A stretch of 64,000 nt of DNA from Candidatus Bathyarchaeia archaeon (GTDB lineage: Archaea; Thermoproteota; Bathyarchaeia; Bathyarchaeales; Bathycorpusculaceae), in the NCBI GenBank assembly GCA_050012755.1, contig JBEKGO010000022.1:1-64000 (forward strand), given 5' to 3'. This document shows positions 58,639 through 64,000 of this stretch, one piece after another. A program made the position numbers and the translations under genes. The notes beneath the pieces were generated by a model. It worked only from the letters and a program-made list of their open reading frames with translations. It made no database searches and had not been told where the DNA came from. Each line of letters starts with the position of its first letter. Position 1 is the first letter of the stretch.

Positions 58639-59424
58639 ATGAACGTGCAAGTTGACCGCAAGCCCGATGAGATCGAGAACCCTGTTTCAGAAATGCATTG
58701 TCGAATAGCGGTGATAATGCCTGTTTATAATGAGGCAGACATAATAAAAAATACGGTCAGAGAATTCTACAGGAAAGTAGTTGACAAAATGGGCAATGTT
58801 GACATATGGGTTTTCGAGGATGGAAGTACAGACGGAACCCGGAAGGCTTTGGAAGAATTAGAAGTTGAGTTCCCGCTTTTCCATGCTGAGATGACAGCGA
58901 AAAGGAAAGGCTATCCTCGAGCTATGAAAGAAGCCTTTCTCAACATCAACTCAAGCGACTATGATTACGTGGTAGCAGTGGATTCCGATGGACAATATGA
59001 ACCAGACGACTTCTTCAAGCTATGGAGCATCATGCAACGTGACTCGCCAGATATAGTAATGGGAAGACGAATGACTCGGCGGGAGCCTGCCTATCGCCGT
59101 ATGCTTTCCCGTGGGCTGCAGCTTTTGGAGAGAATAATGTTTCCTATAAAGTGTAGGGATGTTACGAGTGTCATGAGGCTTATGAAAGTTGAACTTGCAC
59201 ATGAAATAGCTGGAGAGGTTAAGTATTCTCCTTATAATTTTTGGCTGGAGTTCACCGCGAGAATGTCTTTGAACGGTTACAGTATTGTGGAGATTCCGAT
59301 TGTATATCGAGAGCGGGCGGGTGGAAGCAGAGTTTACAGTGCAAAGAAGATGCCCACGGTTATCCTATCAGAGTTTCGCGCTCTAAGAGCCGTAAGAAGA
59401 GAACAAGCGAATCATAAGCGATAA
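58639..59424 (+). CDS. GT2 family glycosyltransferase
   Basis: VIMPVYNE, EDGSTDGT, VDSDGQY, EIPIVYRERAGG. Confidence 0.9.
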   Translation: MNVQVDRKPDEIENPVSEMHCRIAVIMPVYNEADIIKNTVREFYRKVVDKMGNVDIWVFEDGSTDGTRKALEELEVEFPLFHAEMTAKRKGYPRAMKEAFLNINSSDYDYVVAVDSDGQYEPDDFFKLWSIMQRDSPDIVMGRRMTRREPAYRRMLSRGLQLLERIMFPIKCRDVTSVMRLMKVELAHEIAGEVKYSPYNFWLEFTARMSLNGYSIVEIPIVYRERAGGSRVYSAKKMPTVILSEFRALRAVRREQANHKR

Positions 59425-59653
59425 AATTCTTTTTATTAAAAAAGGAAAACACATAACAACTTGAGAAAATACCTCTATTCCATTTTTTGGGCTCAAAACT
59501 ATTCTATTTTCAAAAATAGCTTGAAAATAACTAAAAAAAAAGGCAGTTTTAGATTAACGATAATGCATGGCAAGAGGTGTGGATAGAAAACCATTTAAGC
59601 AAATTGAACAGAATGAGACACTCAGATTAAAGGAGCAAAATAAATTGAAAAAA

Positions 59654-60475
59654 ATGAAAATTGCAATAATTTGCGCATTAACAATTGCTATTATGGCATT
59701 CGCAGGAACAGCATCAGCTTACAACGCTGCCTACACAGCCACGTGTTACCTTTTGTCCAATCCGCCAACTATCGATGGAAAATGGACTGGAACAGAATGG
59801 AGTGAGACTGGAACGAACACTTTCGGAACGAACGGTGTTTGGGCAACGGGATGGACTGTGTCACCCACTGTCTACGCATGCTTCATTATTGAAACCGCGG
59901 ACAACACTAACGATCCAGGCGATTACTGGGTAATCACCTTTGACGGAACCGCCGCTGGAACAACCACAGAGCCTAACGGAGGAACAGCACCCCAAACCGA
60001 CGACTTCAAACTAGTTGTCACAGGACATGATTCGCCTACTGTGCAATGGTACCAAGGAACAGGCTCGGCTTGGAAAACAGTTGCTACGCCATCAGCATGG
60101 ACTTCCGCCGTCTTCTCAGAGGCACAATCATTAAGTTCATCACCGCAGATTAGCGCACCACACTACATATTGGAATTTTACTTTGACAAGACAGACACGT
60201 CATTCGGTCAAACTATCGTGGGCTATGATTGGGCGAGTTACGTTGCCTACTACGACGCACATGCAGGCGGAAATGGACTTCAATCCTGGCCTCCAGCACC
60301 TGCTAACGATACGGACCCAGACAGTTGGGGATATGTGCCATACCAATATGCCGCAATTCCTGAAACACCAAACATCGGCATAGTTATAGCATTGTCTTCC
60401 GTTGCAGTCGTGGCTGGATCAGTAATCTTTAGCAAGCGACCGCTTACAAAACTAGCGAAGAAACACAGCCTGTAA
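59654..60475 (+). CDS. Secreted surface protein with a PEF-CTERM-like sorting signal
   Basis: Signal peptide; PPTIDGKW...EW carbohydrate-binding/DOMON-like start; C-terminal IPE motif, TM helix and basic tail (IPETPNIGIVIALSSVAVVAGSVIFSKR). Confidence 0.8.
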   Translation: MKIAIICALTIAIMAFAGTASAYNAAYTATCYLLSNPPTIDGKWTGTEWSETGTNTFGTNGVWATGWTVSPTVYACFIIETADNTNDPGDYWVITFDGTAAGTTTEPNGGTAPQTDDFKLVVTGHDSPTVQWYQGTGSAWKTVATPSAWTSAVFSEAQSLSSSPQISAPHYILEFYFDKTDTSFGQTIVGYDWASYVAYYDAHAGGNGLQSWPPAPANDTDPDSWGYVPYQYAAIPETPNIGIVIALSSVAVVAGSVIFSKRPLTKLAKKHSL

Positions 60476-60526
60476 ACAAAAAACTTTCTTCTTTTTTTTT
60501 CATTTTTAGCATTATTTAAGACCATT

Positions 60527-60990
60527 CTATAATGCCACTTCTGAGATCACCCTTTCCGCTACTGGGATGGGAGGCAATTTATCTTTTTTTCTTTCCAAAC
60601 GAGAACTTATTTTCTTAAAACCGTCCCTCGCCTTTTCTACTAAAGTGAACCTTTCAATGCAGACGATCAGTACGATAAATGAACAAATCCAGGTAAAACC
60701 GAATAGTTCTCTATATGTATTGTGAAATATCATGCCTACAACGAAAAAAGTCCCGAAAAGTCCAATAACAAAATAAAGCAAATTACGGAAACCCGAAGTT
60801 TTTGTTCTCTTAAAATAAAGAAGAATAATCAAAACATATAATAGTAAACTGTAGATCCCTGCACAGGCCCAAACTATTGCGAGACCTGCTCCCTTATTGC
60901 CCATACCAACTGTTAAGCTTGGCATTAAAGAACCACCAGTATGAACGGGATACGTCAACATCACTCTGTATCCAAAAAGGTCAAATACAG
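60527..60990 (-). pseudogene. Truncated archaeosortase/exosortase paralog
   Basis: Aligns with the C-terminal half of 61141-62280 (WACAG(I/V)YS, FHNTY); lacks the N-terminal half and about 20 aa containing the conserved Arg. Confidence 0.8.
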
Positions 60991-61072
60991 TGCAAAGAAG
61001 ACGCCGTCGGTTGTCCTGTCGGAGTTTCATGCGCTGAGAGCTGTGAGGCAAGAGCAGATAAAAGGCAAGTGA
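60986..61072 (+). pseudogene. 3' remnant of a second copy of the GT2 gene
   Basis: YSAKKTPSVVLSEFHALRAVRQEQIKGK* vs YSAKKMPTVILSEFRALRAVRREQANHKR* at 59335-59424. Confidence 0.85.
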
Positions 61073-61140
61073 GAAAGCATACTTCACTTCGCGGCAATTC
61101 CTTTGCATTTTCCAACCAAAAATCCAGACGATAACCGCGC

Positions 61141-62280
61141 TTAGCCTGGCAAACTCTCACCATTTGTTGTTCCAAATCGAGAGCTTATTTTTCTGAAACC
61201 CTCTCTTGTCCTTTCCACCAGCATGAATCGCTCAATACAGACGATTAGGATGATGAACACGAAGACCCATGTGAAACCGAACAATTCTCCGTATGTGTTG
61301 TGGAAGAACATTCCAGCTTTATATCCGCTCTGCAAAGAAATAACGAAGATTGTGTAGACTCGGAGGACGGCGGAGCAAAATGTTCCGAAAAGACCTATGA
61401 CAAAGTATGACAGCTTTCTGAATCCTGAAATGTTTGTTCTCTTAAAGAAAACCAGAATTATCAGCAGGTAAAGCAGCAAACTGTAGACTCCCGCGCAAGC
61501 CCACGAGATTGAGTATTCTGCAACTCTTCCTCCAGCGCTAACCATCAAACTGGGAAGCAACGATGGCCCCAAATGCACCGGATAAGTCATCGTCACGCTG
61601 TAGCCTAAAGCATCGAAAAGGGCAGCGGCACTGGCGGTTATGGGAAGAGCAACTTCTTGGAGCGGTCGAAAAACGCCAAAAGGGTAGACGGTGTCAAGCA
61701 TGTACGCAACGCTGATTGCTCCTAGCAGAGAAAGGGAAATCGAGAATATCTTCAACCCTTTTGTTTTGTAAGCCAAGATGATAGCGGCTAAAAAGGCTAC
61801 GAAGAAAACCATGTATTCCACCGACAATGGCCATTGAAGATGCAGAAAATCCGATGGCTGATTGTTAGCTGCCACGCTTATGATGCCGAGGCTATGGCCC
61901 ACTTTCATTATTGACAGGTCTAATCCAAAAAAATTGGTTGCCAAGACATAAATCGTCGGAATCAAGGCACAGACGAGAGATGCGACAACCAAGTTTCTGT
62001 TTCTCGGTTTCTTTTTTACGAGTTCATTCCAGCCGATTGCAGATTCGATCAGTAGGAACCACGCGAAAAAAAGATAGAATAGTCTGCCTTTCCACGTTAC
62101 GTCGAAGCTGAAGGTCTGGGTGAAATACGTGTTCGTCCAATGTACGAATGTGTTGGTTACGCCGTCATAGCGGTAATTGAATCCTTGAAGGTGGTAAAAG
62201 TCAAGAAATATCAAAAGCACAATGGGCAGACCTATGCATATCATTAACACGATGTGGAACCAGTATTTTTTGAAGTCTAT
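61141..62280 (-). CDS. Archaeosortase/exosortase family membrane protein
   Basis: Multi-TM; catalytic-type Cys (ISWACAGVYS), Arg (VLRV) and His (FFHN). Probable ATA start at 62280 (ORF track GTG at 62250). Confidence 0.85.
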   Translation of the reverse strand: MDFKKYWFHIVLMICIGLPIVLLIFLDFYHLQGFNYRYDGVTNTFVHWTNTYFTQTFSFDVTWKGRLFYLFFAWFLLIESAIGWNELVKKKPRNRNLVVASLVCALIPTIYVLATNFFGLDLSIMKVGHSLGIISVAANNQPSDFLHLQWPLSVEYMVFFVAFLAAIILAYKTKGLKIFSISLSLLGAISVAYMLDTVYPFGVFRPLQEVALPITASAAALFDALGYSVTMTYPVHLGPSLLPSLMVSAGGRVAEYSISWACAGVYSLLLYLLIILVFFKRTNISGFRKLSYFVIGLFGTFCSAVLRVYTIFVISLQSGYKAGMFFHNTYGELFGFTWVFVFIILIVCIERFMLVERTREGFRKISSRFGTTNGESLPG

Positions 62281-62508
62281 CGAACCCCATCCCTCGCTTG
62301 TTTATAACCCATTTGGGTGCACCACTGTCTTTTAGGTTTTTGCCAAAGAAAACCCAAAAAGTCAACTTTGCCTATTTGAGCAAAGTTTGGAAATTCAGGT
62401 GCATCTGGCACGTGATTTTGGTAAGTGTTTTAATACATCCTGCAATAATAATGGGAAACACATTTACAACAGATTCAAGTCAACGGTAAACTGATTTCGG
62501 GATACAAA

Positions 62509-64000
62509 ATGGTGAACGAGGGGTTGGAAGACCACGAGGTAGAAAATAGAGAAGACTTCCTAGTTCCCATCCTAATATTAACTTTTGTGGCTTGTGGCTG
62601 GTTGGTTTACGCTTACGTAAACAGAACATGGTTACCAGCAGTTCAACAAGTTGCGTCTTGGATAATTCACCCAGTAGTCATCTACACTCCCGCCCAAATC
62701 GTGGGCGTTCCACTGGCCTTTTTGGCAACTGTTGAGGTTCTGATTCTGGGAGCAACCTGCTCCTACGCGTTGCTCTACAATGAAAAAGACAGAAGTATCA
62801 GGCTTCTGAGCTCGCTGGGATTAGGATTTGGCCTCACAGGATTTGTAACTGTCGTTCTCGGAATCTTCGGAGCCCTGTATCAACTGCCCTTAAACTTAGC
62901 AATAGTGCTTCTCTGCACAGTTTTCCTGTCAGTTTTTGCATACCGAAAAACGCAGGTGGACAAACTTAAATTGAGAGAATGCTTCACCCCGCATTTTTCC
63001 TTCAAGTTTAAGTTGCCAAATAATTTCAAGTTCTGGTTCCCCGCGTGTCTTGCAATCGGCTTAATCTTTTTCTTCACTTTTTACCACGCGCTTCTAACGA
63101 TCATCGTTCATTGGGATGCCATCGTTTACCATGCAGCAATGGCTATCATAATGTACAGAGACCATGCAATTCCAGTAATAGCAGGTCCCTCAATCGGGCT
63201 TGAGATGAGCGCAAATTTCCCGCCGCTCTTTTCTGCTCTGGGGGCATTTTACTACATTCAAATAGGTACGGTAGAGGATTTCTTTTTAAGGGCAATTCCT
63301 CCTGTGATGGGAGTTCTAACGGTCTTGGCTACGTACAAGATTGGCGAGATTCTCGCTGGAAAAAAATTCGGGTTGCTGTCCGCGGTTTTCCTTGCAGTTA
63401 CGCCGTTATTTTTCCGATATTCGATGTACACAACAAGCTATTCTGCACTAACTTTCTTCTGCACAGTTTCAATTCTTTTTCTATTGCTCGCTATGGAAAA
63501 AGGAGAAGCCAAGTACTGGCTTAGTTGCGGACTCTTTTTTGGATTTGCGCTATTAACCTCTTATGAAATCCTCTATCTTGCCCCTTTTCTAATCATAGCT
63601 CTGATAGCCTACTTGGCACAAAAGAAAAATTCTCTCAGGTTAAACATGAAAAAGGTTTCAGTTTTGCTTTTATCAGCTTTGACAGTTGGCGGCGTCTGGT
63701 ATCTGCGGAATTATCTTGAAGTAGGAAACCCGATTTATCCTAACGCCTACACGTTGCTGGGAGGAATCAAAATTGACCCAGTCATAGAACAGGCGACTTT
63801 TGACAGCATAAAAATGAATGCAAATATAAATTTCTTCGGCGGATATGCTTCACCATTCGACAAACTTATGATGCTACTTACCTACAGATCATACTTCCCT
63901 GCGTTATCGCTGTTCACGGTGCTGGGTCTTGTGTTACTCTTAACTGTCCGCGACAAAAAATTTCTGCTATTAGCCCTGTGGCCTCTTACTCTGAGCGGGT
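62509..64000 (+). CDS. GT-C fold membrane glycosyltransferase-like protein (runs off the window edge)
   Basis: Open frame from ATG 62509; IVHWDAIVYH...ANFPPLFS, GLLSAVFLAVTP, WYLRNY...GNPIYP. Confidence 0.75.
   Translation, partial: MVNEGLEDHEVENREDFLVPILILTFVACGWLVYAYVNRTWLPAVQQVASWIIHPVVIYTPAQIVGVPLAFLATVEVLILGATCSYALLYNEKDRSIRLLSSLGLGFGLTGFVTVVLGIFGALYQLPLNLAIVLLCTVFLSVFAYRKTQVDKLKLRECFTPHFSFKFKLPNNFKFWFPACLAIGLIFFFTFYHALLTIIVHWDAIVYHAAMAIIMYRDHAIPVIAGPSIGLEMSANFPPLFSALGAFYYIQIGTVEDFFLRAIPPVMGVLTVLATYKIGEILAGKKFGLLSAVFLAVTPLFFRYSMYTTSYSALTFFCTVSILFLLLAMEKGEAKYWLSCGLFFGFALLTSYEILYLAPFLIIALIAYLAQKKNSLRLNMKKVSVLLLSALTVGGVWYLRNYLEVGNPIYPNAYTLLGGIKIDPVIEQATFDSIKMNANINFFGGYASPFDKLMMLLTYRSYFPALSLFTVLGLVLLLTVRDKKFLLLALWPLTLSG

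Noticed and set aside
60527-61108. 193-aa ORF as a functional second archaeosortase
   Set aside because: Its N-terminus is antisense GT2 remnant and the Arg-containing helix is deleted.

Overview
Archaeal chromosomal segment, most consistent with Bathyarchaeia or a related TACK lineage (inferred from TFB, aIF1, crenarchaeal-type SSB, CdvA/B/C, archaeosortase and frequent TTG/GTG starts). Housekeeping content includes pterin C1-carrier biosynthesis genes (RFAP synthase, DUF447, DHPS-like), a LipS2-like radical SAM, a cdv/ESCRT-III division cluster, a uvrBAC operon, a REC-6xPAS histidine kinase, pncB, dinB, metG, tfb, tRNA-Gln(TTG) and two glycosylation clusters. The best candidate for an undescribed system is at 23869-28001. 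There, two cargo-carrying IS6-like transposons sit in tandem in the same orientation, separated and flanked by three copies of an 8-bp target (CTAACTTC, CTAACTTC, CTAACTTT) just upstream of the ssb promoter. The intact element carries a SWIM/Zn-ribbon DDE transposase, a divergent AbrB-like regulator with palindromic operators, an AN1 zinc-finger gene and a proteasome-beta-like Ntn hydrolase. The older, decayed element carries a different gene in the equivalent slot. Other notable items are a DUF35-HMG-CoA synthase fusion beside a thiolase lacking its catalytic residues, a CysRS paralog with a remodelled Zn site and no anticodon domain, a homocitrate-synthase-like probable pseudoenzyme, two exact 10-bp-period repeat arrays downstream of uvrC, and a collapsed duplication of a GT2/archaeosortase cassette. 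All calls come from reading motifs by eye; no database search was run.
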